Below are positions 23,801-38,800 of a DNA stretch of 64,000 nt, piece after piece. The number at the start of each line of letters is the position of its first letter. The first letter of the stretch is position 1. This stretch comes from an uncultured Clostridia bacterium (GTDB lineage: Bacteria > Bacillota > Clostridia > TANB77 > CAG-508), in NCBI GenBank assembly GCA_948560265.1, contig CAOXTD010000001.1, forward strand, positions 9,439 through 73,438, in the 5' to 3' direction. Made by a program: the position numbers and the translations under genes. The notes beneath the pieces were generated by a model. It was not told where the DNA came from. It did not search any database and worked only from the letters and a program-made list of their open reading frames with translations.

Positions 23801-26800
23801 GGGGATATAACAAATATGGACAACTAGGAAATAACACAACTGTTACAACTGAAATGCCAACACAAGTTCTTGGAAAAGACGCAAATGGATTTTTAACAGA
23901 TATCCAAATGATAGCAAGTGGAACAAACCATGTTTTAGCACTAAAAAATGATGGAACTGTATGGGCATGGGGTTACAACAACTATGGACAATTAGGAGAC
24001 AACACTCAAATCACTAGATATACACCAGTACAAGTTCTATCAGAAGACGCAAACAGCCCACTTCAAGACATTATTTATATAGCAGCAGGAACCAACTACT
24101 CAGTAGCAGTTAACAAAAAAGGTGAAGTATGGACTTGGGGACAAAATGATTATGGACAATTAGGTGATGGAACCAAAACTGCAAAATATACACCAGTAAG
24201 AGTAAAAGCTAACCTTTCAGGAATTATCAAAGTAGCTTGTGGTATAAGACATACAGTTGCCCTAAAAGCAGACGGAAGTGTTTATACTTGGGGTGATAAT
24301 GCAAATGGACAATTAAGTGATAACACCAATAGCCAAAGAATAATTCCAGTAAAAGTATTAGAAACAGTAGACACCTATCTATCAGACGCAATTAGTATTT
24401 CAGCATCAAGCTACAGTACACACATCTTAAAATCAAATGGAACAGTTATTAGTAGTGGACTTGGTACATCAGGACAATTAGGAAATAACGGAAAAGTAAA
24501 TACAAAATTACCAGTTACAGCAGTAGGAGTAGGTGGAACAGATACTTTAACACAAATCAGAAATATAAAATCAGGAGCAAACACAACTTATGCTTTAAGA
24601 AAAGATGGAACAGTTGTTGCTTGGGGAATTGGAACAAGTGGAGAATTAGGAAATGAAACCTTTGCTAACTCTTTATTCCCAGTAGAAGTCGTTAACCACA
24701 CGCAAGACGGCATCATGAGCAATATTCTATACATCGGAGCAGGAGCAAACCATGGCTTAGCAGTAGAAGACACAGGATATGTGGAAGTTTGGGGATTAAA
24801 TAACCAAAAACAAGTAGGAGACATTACAATCGCCAAAACAGCACATCCACTCTATATTGGCTCAAAAGTAGTAGCAGTACCTAGCAAAGTAACAATGGAA
24901 ATGGGAGATACACAAGCCTTAAAAGTTTCTATGCAATCCTTCAACCTATTTAGAGCAGAAGAAGATTTGAATAGAAATGTAACTTACCAAAGTTTAAATG
25001 AAACAGTTGCTACTGTTTCAGCAGACGGAGTAATTACAGCAAAAGCAATGGGTGTTACTACTATCGTAGTAAAAGACGGCTTATCTAACAAAGTAACAAC
25101 CGTTGAAGTCAGCGTACTAGAAAATGGGGCAATTGCTACTCCAAAAGTAGTATCAGGAATAAACCACACAGTAGCCTTAAAAGCAGATGGAACTGTATGG
25201 ACATGGGGATATAACCACCATGGACAATTAGGAGATGGAACTACAAAGAGCAGCTATATACCACAAAAAATTGGACTAACAGATGTTATTGACGTAGCAG
25301 CAGGTGACCACTTCTCAATGGCATTAAAGAAAGATGGAACAATTTGGGTATGGGGCGTTAATGATAGAGGACAACTTGCACAAGGAAACACCGTAGAAAG
25401 CCTAACACCTGTACCAGTAAAAGGGGTAAATGGTGATCCATTACCAAAAGCAAAGAAAATTACAGCTTGTAGATTCCAATGGTTAGCCATTTTAGAAACA
25501 GGAGAAGTAGTAGGTTGTGGTTCAAATACAGGTTCTATTCTAGGAGATGGAACAAGTACAGATAAACACTTACCAGTATATATGCTAGACCACACAGGCA
25601 GTGCACATGTTAAGGAAGTAAAAGATATTGGTATAGGACAATGTGAATCTTTCATTGTAAAAGAAGATGGAACAATATGGTCAGTAGGACATAACTGCGC
25701 AGGAGGAATGGGAGTAGGAAACACCTCAGCATATAGCAAAATTAGACAAGTACAAGACACAACAGGAACAGGAGTATTAACAAATATTATTCAAGTATCT
25801 TGTGGCGGTTGGTACAACTTAGCATTAGATGCTAATGGAAATGTATGGGCAATGGGAAGAAACAAAGAAGGAGAGTTAGGAATTAACAATACAACTAACC
25901 AAACTCGTCCACAAAAAGTGTTAGGTGTTAATGGTACTGGATACTTAGAAAATATTGTTAGAATTGAAGCGGGATATTATTCATCATTTGCTATTGACAA
26001 AGCAGGAAATGTCTATGGTTGGGGATATAACAATAATGGACAATTAGGTATTAACAATACCACTACTCAAAAAGTACCAAAACAAGTATTAGCAGGAGCA
26101 ACAGGTGGAAACTTAGATGATGTCATGTTTGTATCTTCTAATGGATACCACACAACTTTCGTTAAATATGACGGAACAGTTTGGACAACAGGATATAATG
26201 GAAATGGAGAACTAGGTAATGATTCAACAGTTAAGAGATTAACAGTAGAATGTATTAGTAATCCAAGACTAGAAGTAGACCAAAAATACTTATTATTTGG
26301 ACCAAACATTGGAGAAACCAAAAAGGTTAATGTCAAAGTCAATAGTGGATTTAACCTATTAACAGACACTGTACCAGCAGGTGCAAACACATATAAGAGC
26401 TTAAATACAAGTATTGCACAAGTAGACCAAAACGGAAATGTAACATCAACAGGAAGCGGAACAACATATATTAAAATCACAAATGATACCTTAGGATTAG
26501 CTACCACTGTAAAAGTAGTTGTACCATATAGAGATGGAATGATAGTTCCTAAAATAGTAGGTGGAGCGAATCATTATGTAGCATTAAAATCAGACGGAAC
26601 AGTTTGGACATGGGGCTATAACGGATATGGACAATTAGGAATTGGTAATACAGAAAAACAATTAGAACCTGTAAAAACCAATATGACAGATGTTATTGAC
26701 ATTGCAGCAGGAACAAATTACACAGCTGTATTAAAAAGAGACGGAACAGTTTGGGTAACAGGACAAAACAACTATGGACAATTAGGACAAAATGATACCG

Positions 26801-29800
26801 CAAACACCACGAACTTTGTTCAAGTAAAATCAGAAAATGGTTTATCACACTTAGAGGGAATTGTAGCTATCACAGCAGTAAACTACCATATGGCAGCCCT
26901 AAAATCAGATGGAACAGTAGTTGCATGGGGATATAACGCTTATGGACAACTTGGTAACAACACTACTACAACAGCCAAATTACCAACAAGAGTAAGACGT
27001 GTTAGTAGCATTATGGACATTGCAGCAGGTGGAAACTTCTTAATCCTATTAGATGCAGACGGAAGTGTTTGGGCAACAGGACATAGCAATTATGGACAAT
27101 TAGGACAAAATAACACTACAGCTAGCAGAATACCAATCAAAATGTTAAACCCAGCAGGTTCAGGAGAAATGACAGGCATTATCAAGATTGGTGCAGGTAG
27201 TAACCACACTGTATTACTTGGCGAAAATGGTAAGGTATATTCAGTAGGATATAATGGATATGGACAATTAGCGATTGGTAACACAACACAAAAGAATTTA
27301 CTAGTAGAAGCCAAAGAAGTAGGTGGAGCAGTTATCACCAATGCAGCAGATATTGTTGCTAAAAACCATACAACCACTATTTTAAGAAAAGACGGAAGTG
27401 TTTACACAGCAGGATATAACGGATATGGTCAAGCAGGAAATGGAACAACAGTAGCTAACAAATACTTCACCAAAATGCTTGGAGAATATGGTGAAGGAGA
27501 TTTCACAAATGTTCTATTAGGTGCACAAACCAATAACACAACAGCTGTTGCCAATAATATTGGTAGTGTTTATACCGCAGGATATAATGCTTATGGACAA
27601 TTAGGAGATAAAACAACCAAAAGTGCTACTTACCTTGTAGGTATTAGCCATACTTCACTAGAAGTAAAAGAACCAATTATGACAATCCAACAAATTGGTA
27701 GTCAAAAACAAATTGAATGTAAGTTAAATTTAGGATTTAACATTTTATACAACAACTTAGAAACTGAAAACTATACTTACAAAGTATTAAACAAAGATAT
27801 TGCAAGTGTTGACCAAAACGGAGTAGTAACTGCTCTTAAATATGGAAGCACCAGTATTGAAATAACCAACCAAGAAACAGGAAATAAAGCAACTGTTATT
27901 CTAAATGTAGTAAGAGACGGAGATATTGCAAACCCTAAAGTAGCAAGCGGTGTAGATTATAATGTAGCCTTAAAATCAGATGGAACTGTTTGGACTTGGG
28001 GATATAACAACTATGGAGAACTAGGACTTGGAGATAATACAAGAAGATTAGAGCCAACCAAAGTAAATATCACAGGTGTTATAGATATTGCAGTAGGAAA
28101 TCACCATACTCTATTACTAAAACAAGATGGAACAGTATGGGCAATGGGACTAAACAATTATGGACAAATTGGAAACAATACTACTACAAATGCGATGTTA
28201 CCAGTTCAAGTACAAGGCTTAGAAAATATCATCAGAATTGAAGCTGGAGCAAACCATTCAATTGCCTTAAAGAGTGACGGAAGAGCTTATGGTTGGGGAT
28301 ATAACGCTTATGGTCAATTAGGTGATAATACAACGACTAGAAGAAGTCTACCAGTAGAAGTTAGAAGAATAAACAACCTAAAAGCCATTTCAGCAGGTAA
28401 CCATTCAACAGCAGCATTAGACACAGACGGAAATGTTTGGGTATGGGGACTAAATACCTCAGGACAATTAGGACTTGGAACAAAAACAAATGTCATTTTA
28501 CCAACCAAATTAACATCTGTTAGTAAAATTGCACAAGTAGAAATGGGTATCAACTATGGTATGGTAGTCACAGAAAATGGAGAAGTATATAGCTTTGGTG
28601 TTAACGATGTAGGACAGCTAGGTATTGGAAATAAAACTAACCAAACTACACCAAAACAAGTATTACAACAAGATAAAACCCCATTAACCAATGTAGAATA
28701 TGTAGCAGCAGGAACAAAGCATGTTTTTGCAAAAACAAAAAATGGTTTAGCATATGGTTGGGGATTAGACACAAGTTCTCAATTAGGAGATGACCAAACC
28801 ACAAACAAACTAAATGCGGTGCCAATTACTTACGCAGGTGGAGCAGATGAAATCACAGAAGTATTAGAAATAGACGCAGGAAATGCACACTCTATCCTTG
28901 TAAGAGAAGATGGAACTGTTTGGACTGTTGGAAAGAATAACTATGGACAATTAGGAGATGAAACCACAGTTAACAAAAAATCTTGGGTATGCATTAGTGA
29001 TATTAGAATTAAAGTCAAAGAAACTTCTATTACCATTTCTTCAGTAGGAGGAAAATACAACTTAAATCCAGTATTAGGAGTAGGCTTTAACCTATTATAT
29101 AACGACGGAGCAGATGGCGATTTTGCCTATGCAAGTAAAGACACAGCTACTGCTGACGTATCAGAAAAAGGTGTTATTACAGGTATAAAACGTGGTAAAA
29201 CCAAAATTGGAATTACAGAAACCAATACAGAAAAAACCATTTATGTAGATGTTTATGTATTAGACGAAAAAGATGTTGCCTTCCCACAAATTGTCACAGG
29301 AGAAAGCACAACCATAGCTCTAAAAGCAGACGGAACTGTTTGGACTTGGGGACAAAATGATAAAGGTCAATTAGGACTTGGAGACAACAAAAATAGAATA
29401 GCACCTACAAAAGTAGAAATTGATAATGTAGTCAAAATTGCAACTAGTGGAAACCACACCTTAGCTTTAAAGAAAGACGGAACTGTTTGGGCTTGGGGAC
29501 AAGGTACAGCAGGACAATTAGGTACAGGACTATTACAAAATTCAAATGTACCAGTACAAGTAAGAGACGAAACAGGTGTCAATGTTCTACAAAACATTAA
29601 AGAAATTGCTACCGCAAACCAATTGTCAATGGTAGTTACCAAAGAAGGAAAAGTATATGCTTGGGGACTTGGAACATCAGGACAAATCGGAAATGGAGCA
29701 AAAAGTAACCAAACAATGCCAACTAAAACTTTAGGACTATCTAATATCACCAAAATTGCAGGTGGAAACTTATCTTGTTATGCTATAACAGATGAAGGTG

Positions 29801-32800
29801 AAGCATATGCATGGGGATATAACAATAGAGGACAATTAGGTGACGGAACTAATACTGTAAGAACACAACCAGTTAAAATACCAAACTTAACAGGAATGAT
29901 AGAAATTTCAGCAGCAAGTACAGATCAAGTAATTGCCCTAAAAGATGATGGAACTGTTTGGGGTTGGGGATATAAAACCCTAGGAGCATTAACAGATGTT
30001 GGTGGCTCTACTCCAAAACAAATTGCAGGAAAAACAAACAGAATGAAAGATATTGCTAGTATTTCAGCAGGATATTATGCAGGACTTGCTATTACAGATG
30101 AAGGAAAAGTCCTAGGTTGGGGAACAAATGGATTTGGCGGACTTGGAAATGGAACAACCACCAATACCGCTATACCAACAAATGTAATGGAAAATAGTAC
30201 AAAAGAACTAGACCAAATCTTTGTTATTGCAATGGGCAAAAACTATAGTGTATATGCGAAAGAAGACGGAAGTGTATGGGCAACAGGTACAAATGAATTC
30301 GGACAATTAGGTAATACTTCAACAGTTACCATTCATACACCAGAAAATATCAGTCAAGACTATATCAGCACAGACAAGTTAGAATTGGTATTCCAAGAAT
30401 TAAATGTAGAACAACCAATTAACGCTACTTATAACCTTGGATTTAACCTATATAACAACACCTCAGATGTAAAATTAACTTATACTTCTGATGATGACAC
30501 AATTGCAGCAGTTGGTGAAAATGGTATGGTAACTTCTAGAAATGTTGGTAAAACCTATATCACTATCCGTGCAGGAGAGTTAGCAAGAAGAGTAGAGGTA
30601 AATGTATTACAACCACAAGAAATAGCAGCAATGGACGCTCAAGGTGGTTTAAGACATACTTTAGCACTCAAAACAAATGGAACTTTATGGGCATTTGGTG
30701 ATAATAGTTATGGTCAATTAGGCTTAGGAACCGTAGAAAGCACAACATACCATAAACCACAAGAAGTAAGATTACCAGAAAACGTAAAAATCACTAAAAT
30801 TGCAGTAGGAAATAACCACAATTTAGCATTAGACACAAATGGAAATGTATATGGCTTTGGACTAAATGCAAATGGACAATTAGGAAATAACGCAAATGCA
30901 AACAGTGGAGAATTAGTCAAAGCAGAAGGATTAACCAATATTGTTAAAATAGCAGCATACAAAAATATTAGTATGGCATTAAACAAAGATGGCGAACTAT
31001 TTGTATGGGGAGAAGGATATTCAAAACAACCTGAAAAGATAGAATTCCACACAAAAATAATTGATATGACAGGAAGAATAATTTTATCAGAACAAGGTAG
31101 TGTATGGAATATGAAAAACCTAAACGAAAAAACTCCAATGCTAACCAATATAGTAGAAATTGCATCAGGTGATAGCCACCATTTAGCTTTAAAAGCAGAT
31201 GGAACAGTGTATGGATTTGGAGCAAACAGCTATGGACAATTAGGTCAAGGAAATACAACAAATGCAGATAAACCAGTTGCTATTGCAAACTTACCAAAAG
31301 CTGAATCAGTAAAAGCAAACCTATATACCTCTTATGTACTAACTACTACAGGGGAAGTGTACAGCTTTGGTAGAAATACAAAATCAAGTTTAGGACAAAA
31401 CAGCAAAGAAACCTATCGTGCAACACCTACTAAGATAGACAGTAGCAAAGTACAAAGAATTTCAGCAGGTCAAAACTTTGGTATTTATGTAGATGATGAA
31501 GGCTTTGTGTACTCTTGGGGTAACAATGACTATGGACAATTAGCACAAGAAGCAAAAGAAATAATTACTCCTAGCGTAATTGGAACAGTTAAAGTACAAA
31601 CAGACAAAGACTATATCACAATCCAAGAGGGAGAAACCAAAGGCATTAGCGCAACTTTAAACAATACATTCAATTTAAGAAAAGATGTTATCGCAAGTGA
31701 CGGATTTACTTTTGAAAGTATGAACACAGGAATTGCTACAACACAAGACATTCGAGTAACAGGTATGAAAGAAGGAATTACTCCTATCGTAATTTCACAC
31801 CCAGCATCAGAACAAAAATCAGCAATTTATGTAGAAGTAGTAAGACCAAACGCAAAATCTGTTATCGACTTAAAAGCAGGAACAGACTTTAACCTAAGTT
31901 TAAAAGCAGACGGAAGTATATGGAGTTGGGGTTCAGGCGCTTATGGAAAACTAGGTGTGGGAAGCCTAGAAAACTATAACGAACCACAACAAATTCCAAC
32001 TACTACAAGAACAAGACAAATTGCAGTAGGTTTAGAACATATTGTAGTCTTATCAGAAAATGCAAAAGCCTATACTGCTGGAAAGAACGGTAATGGACAA
32101 TGTGGAAATGGAACTAGTGTTAATAGCAAAGAACTAGTAGAAGTGTTAAACGAAAATGGAAAACCATTAGAAAACCTTGTTATGATAGCAGCATATGGTA
32201 ATACTACTTACTTATTAGACCATGATGGCATTGTATATGCTTGTGGTGCAGGATATAACAAAGTAGCAACCAAAGTGGCAAACCTTCCAAAAATGGCACA
32301 AATTAGCGGACATTATGGTATCACTATGGATAAGAAAGTGGTTGACCTAAGCACAGGAAATCCAGTAGAAAAACTACAAAACATTATTAAAATTGCACAA
32401 GGCGATAACCATACCTTATTCTTAAGCCAAGACAAAACTGTGTATAGCTTGGGAACTAACACAAATGGTCAAGGCGGAATTGGTACTAAAACCAATATCA
32501 TGACACCTACACAAGTAAAAAACAATGTCGGAACAGGAATTTTAACTACTGTGGTAGATATTGCAGCAGGAAAGAATTTCAGCATGGCAGTTCTAGAAGA
32601 TGGAACAGTTTATACTTGGGGGTCAAATGAAAATAACAAACTAGGAACAGATCAAACAAATGACCAAATCTTACCTAGAAGAAATACCAATATCCAAAAT
32701 GCAATTAAAGTTTCAGCAGGAACCAACCATGCAGCATTTGTAGCAAATGACGGTAGAGTATATGCTTGGGGTAATGGAGAAAATGGAAGCTTGGGTAATG

Positions 32801-35800
32801 GAGTAGACGCAAATTCTATTCTACCAGTATTAGTAGGTTCAGAAGAAGTGGTTGCAGATAACCACCATGTTACACTACATATAGACGAAGAAACCACTTT
32901 AAATGCCAATATCAAATCATTTAACTTAATTAATGATTTAAAATCAGAAGGCTTAACTTATAAGTCAAATAATGCGGAAATTGTTTTAGTAGATAATAAT
33001 GGAAAAGTAACAGGATTAAAAGAAGGTAAAGCCTCTGTTACAGTAACACAAAACGGAACTGACCATCAAGCAATTATTCAAGTAACCGTTTTAAGAAAAA
33101 ATGCAGAAGTTAACCCATTGGTTAAAACGACAAATTCAAGTAATGTAATCCTAAAATCTGACGGAACTGTTTGGACCTATGGTGCAAATGATAACGGAGA
33201 ATTAGGAAATGGAAACAACACAGCTTCTGATAACTTGAACAAAGTAGTATTTAACCCAGAAGTTAAAATCGAAGAAATTGCAGTAGGAGAAAATCATACA
33301 TTAGCATTAGACGAAAACGGCGAAGTATGGGCTTGGGGCTCAAATAGCTATTATCAATTAGGAACATCAGAAATAGCAAATAGTAATCGACCTATCAAAT
33401 TAGAACTAGGAAGTAAAGTTATTAAAATAGTAGCAGGCTACAATAGTTCTTATGCTATCACAGAAGATAACAATTTAATTGCTTGGGGACTAAACCTAGA
33501 TGGACAACTAGGACTAGGAAATAATGATAATAGGTTATTACCTACAAAAGTAAGAACCTTGAAAAATGTATTAGATGTTACAGCAGGAAAATCACATACC
33601 GTTGTAGTAACAACAGATGGAACAGTTTACACAACAGGAAATAATAGCTTTGGTAGTTTAACAGGTGATGACTATAAGAGAAATACCTTCAAACCAGCAA
33701 CAAACTTATCAAACATTGTATATATCTCAGCAGGTGAATATCACAATATAGCACTAAGTACCAAAAATGAAGTATATGTATGGGGATATAACGTATATGG
33801 TCAATTAGGTACAGGAAATACAAGCAATTTAAGTACACCTGTTAAGGTAGATATAGCAAATGCAAAACAAGTTTCAAGTGGAAAATCACATTCTAGTATT
33901 TTAACCAAAGATGGTAAGCTATATAGCACAGGACTAAACAGTTTAGGACAACTAGGAACTACTAGCAAAGACAACCAAGTAACATTTACTTTAGTTGATA
34001 CCATTGATAATGTGTATGGAATAGATACTGGAAACACATATGATATGGCAATTAAAAATGATGGTACTGTATGGGCTTGGGGTGACTATTATCACGGTAC
34101 AACAGCTATTAGAACAAAATCCAATAGTAGAGTACCTACACAAATAGGTATCCAAAACTTCTACCTTGTAGAAAATGATATTGCAGTAAATAAAGACACT
34201 AGCAAGCAATTACAAGTAAATCCACAATTTGAATTTAATGTGTTTGAAAATAATACATTAGAAAACAATTTCAGCTATACTTCATTAAATGAAGAGGTAG
34301 CAACTGTGGACGAAAATGGAAATGTAACAGGTAAAAAAGTAGGAACTACTTGGGTAAAAGTCGCAGAAAATACTAGCAAAGCAGAACAAATTGCTATCAT
34401 TCGAGTAGTAGAACCAGGAAACAAAGTCGCACCAAAAGTAGCAGGAGGAAGTGATTATGCAGTCGTATTAAAAGCAGATGGTAGTGTATGGAGTTTCGGA
34501 TATAACTCAAATGGTCAGCTTGGAGATTCTAGCTTCGTAGCTTCTAAAGTACCAAAAGAAATCAATATCTTAAAATCTTATACAGACATCACAGCAGGGG
34601 ATAACTTTACTTTAATTCTAAAAAATGATGGAACTGTATGGGGTGTAGGAGATAACCAATATGGTCAATTAGGTTTAGGAGATAGAGCATCACGTCAAAC
34701 ACCAACTGTTATTCCAAACCTAGAAAATGTAGTTAAAATTGCAGCAGGAAGCAAACACAGTATAGCTTTAACCAAATATGGAGAAGTCTATACTTGGGGT
34801 GCTAATACCAATGGTAAATTAGGAACTGGAGATACACAAACAAAAGATGTTCCAGTTAAAATAGAAATTCCAGGAGCTAATATTATAGATGTAGCAGCAG
34901 GAGAAGGATATATTGTTTTAGTAGACAGTAATGGAAGCATCTATGTTAGCGGAAAATTAGGAAATATAGATAGTAAAGTTCCAGTATCAGTAAATGGAAT
35001 TACCAATGCTACCAAAGTAGCTGCAGGTAAAGACTTAATCGTACTTACCAAACAAGGAAATGTGGTTAAAGTTGGGGAACAAACCACTACCCTTTATGAT
35101 AAGAAAGATGCAGTAGATATTGCAGCAAAAGGAACCAACTATTTAGTATTGAATAATAGCGGAAAACTATTTGATGGAAACACCAGTAGTAATGGTGAAA
35201 TTGGGGATGTCCTAACAATTGGAAGTGGTATGAATAATACCTACTATATCGCCAATAGCGGTTTAGTTTATGCAGTAGGACCAAACCAATATGGTTCACT
35301 AGGAAATGATACAACTGATTCTTCAGATGTATATACCCTAGTAGGTAAACGTAGTTTTACCGTATCACCAAACAATGTCTTAATGAGCACAAATGATAGC
35401 AAAGATTTAAGTTTAACCTCAGAAAGATATAATGTGTTAAAACAAGATAATAGAACCATTGATGATTTTGATTGGGTTTCTAATGATACAGATATTGTTA
35501 CAGTAGAAGGACCAGCTAAGATAAAAGCAGCAGCAGAAGGTGAAACTACAATTACAGTTACCCAAAAAGATACAGGAGCAAAAGTAGAAATTGTAGTAGT
35601 TGTAGAACCACTAGAAGCACAAAGATTAGAAAAATTAGCGGTAAATGAAGTAGATGCACAAGTATCAGGAAGCATGAAATATGAAGTAACAATTGAAAGT
35701 AATGAAGATACTGGAAGCTTAGTCATTAGCACAAAAGACAAAACAGATAAAATCAGTATTGATGGTGGAACGACTTGGTTTGAAAATGGAAGTCTAACAC

Positions 35801-38800
35801 AGGTGGTTAGCTTACCAACACCAGTAACACAAATTCCAATCAAAGTACAAACCACAAATGGAACTGTATTTGATTACACATTAGATGTTATCAAACAATC
35901 TACCATAACGGCATTAGAAAGCCTAACCGTTAATGGCACAGAAGCAACAGCAACAGGCGGAACTAACTACTCTATTGTAGTAGAAGACGCAGACTTAGCT
36001 ACAGTTAAAGCAGTTACTACACACGAAAAGGCAAAAGTAGGAATTGATAGTAATGAAGTAGCTATACATGAAGCAACTCAAGATTTATCATTAGTAGATA
36101 CTTTAATTAGAACTGTACCAATTAAAGTGATTGCAGAAAGCGGAAAAGAAGTCAACTATGTATTAACCATTTACAAAAAATCAGCAGTAACAGAATTAGA
36201 AAGTGTAACAGTTGATGGAAAAGAAGCAACTAAGAATAATCACTTAAATTACAGTATGGTAGTTGAAAAAGAAACTACAAGTGTAGACATTAAAGCAATA
36301 GCAATATATGATTTAGCAAATGTTAATATCAATAACTTAGGGGCAGAAGTAAAACAAACCACAAGAACAATTACTTTAACAGGAGATGTTACAACTGTTA
36401 AAATAAAAGTTGGAGTTGGTGAAGAAGAAAAAGAATATACTTTAACCATTACAAAAAAGATAGACGGATCAGATTTAGCAGACCTATTTGTCAATGGTGA
36501 AAAAGCTACTAAGATTAGTGATAATCAATATGAAGCAGTTGTTGCAAGTAATAGTCAAACAGCAGAAGTATTGGCAATTGCAGCAGTAAATACAAGTAAT
36601 GTTCAAATTGGAGCTAACTCTCAAGAAGTAGGAAAATCACAAGTCACAGTTGCTACCTTAGAAAATGCTAATATTTACACAATTACCATTACAGACGCAG
36701 AAGATGTAAGCAAAACAGCAACTTATACTTTAACGATTAAGAAACCATCAACAGATAATAGCTTAAAATATATCCGTATTTCTAATAATGAAATATCTAT
36801 AGATGCAACAAGAGAAAACGGAACCGATATTTATAGAGCAAAAATCAATGAGAAATATGAGAACTTAACGATTACAGCTGTTGCAAATTATGAGTTAGCA
36901 GAAGTTGCTATTGAAGCTAACAGCTATCAAGTAAAACAAGACACTTTAGCTTATACATTTAACACAGAAAATGCGACCTTGCAAATTAAGGTAAAACCAC
37001 AAGATGGACAGGAAAAAACTTATACTTTAATTTTAGAAAAACAGTCAAGTGATGTTACCTTAGAATATGTAAAAGTCAATGGGGCAGATGCTGTTAAATC
37101 AGAGGAAAAAGCAGATACTTATGAAATTACATTAACACAAAAAGCAGAAAATGTAAGTGTTGAAGCAAAAACTACTGACAAAGCAGCAGAAGTAGCATTA
37201 AACAATATTGTTTATGAGCTACAAACAATTACAAAACAAATTGCAATGGATGCAAAAGAAATTACAATTAAAATCAATGTAAAAGCAGAAGATGGTACAA
37301 CGAAGACATATGACTTAATCATTCACAGTGTACCAGATAATACAAAATTAACAGAAGTTTCAGTTAATGGAGTGAAGGCAACTCTACAACCATATTCTAA
37401 TAAATATGTAGTAAGAGTACCAAGTAACTTAAGCACTTATGCAGTTACAGCAAAAGCAGAGGACAGCTTAGCAACAGTTAAGATAGACAACTTTGACGCT
37501 ATTTTAGCACAAAGTACACAAAATATTGCAAAAGCTGACCCAGTACCTACAAAAGTGGCAATTGAAGTTACTGCACAGGACAAAGAAAGCAAAGAAACCT
37601 ATGAGTTAGAAATCTACCCAAGAGCACAAGACACAGTTTTAGCTTACTTAAAAGTAGATGAAAGCTTAGTAGAACTATCTCAAGATGGACAATACCATGT
37701 TAAAGTAGCAGGCTCTACACAAAATGTTACAATTGAAGCAAAAACTGGAGATGAGAATGCTACTGTGGGAGTAGATGCAGCAGGAACAGCCAATATTGTA
37801 ACAACAGTAGGAACTTTAACAGGAGATGTTACTGTATTTGATATTATTGTTACCGCAGAGGATGGAAACACAAAAACTTATAAGCTAAATGTAGAAAAAC
37901 TATCTAGTGATACCAGCTTAGTAGGAATTTATGTGGACGGAATTGAGGTAAACCCTGTGGATGGAAAATATGTAGCAAAAATTGGAAACAATAGTACAGC
38001 TATTGTAAAAGCAATTGCTACTAACCCAGAAGCAAAGGTATCTGTAGACGGAAACACAGATGCATTAAAGGAAAATCAAAATACAATAGATGTTAATGAA
38101 GAAGAAAAAACAATAGAAATTACAGTAACTGCAGAAGATGGTACAAAGAAAATTTATCCACTTACTTTACAAAGAAATTCTACAGATAATACCTTGTTAT
38201 CTATTTCCGGAAAAGATGTATCACAAGATAATGTGGTTCAAACTTCTGAAAATACTTACCAAATGATAGTATCTAATGAATTAACAACTCTAGAGCTAAC
38301 AGCTGTAACTTCAAGTAAAGTAGCAGAAGTAAAAATTGAAAATAACAATTATGAAGTAAATACACAAACAAAAGAAGTTGCTTTACCAAATGATACCAAT
38401 ACAGTTGTTATCACAGTAAAAGCAGAAAGTGGAGAAGAAAAAACTTACACACTAACCATTATTAAGAAATATATTTTAACTTTAGATCAGATTACAGTAG
38501 ATGGCATAGTAGCTGAAAAGCAAGAAGATGGAACCTATATTGCATGGGTAGACCCTACTAATACACAAAGCCAAGTAGTTGTAACACCAACTTCAAGTAA
38601 GGTACAGGTAAAAGTGGGAGAAACCATAGATAATATTGGAACTACTACTTACACAGTTACTACAACAGAAGATGAAACAATTAGTAAAATAATTGTAAAA
38701 TCACCAATTGAAGAAGATCAAGTAGAATATACTTTGAAGATTATGAAAAAATCTCAAGATACTACACTTGAATATGTCAAAGTGGACAGTCAAGTAGGAA

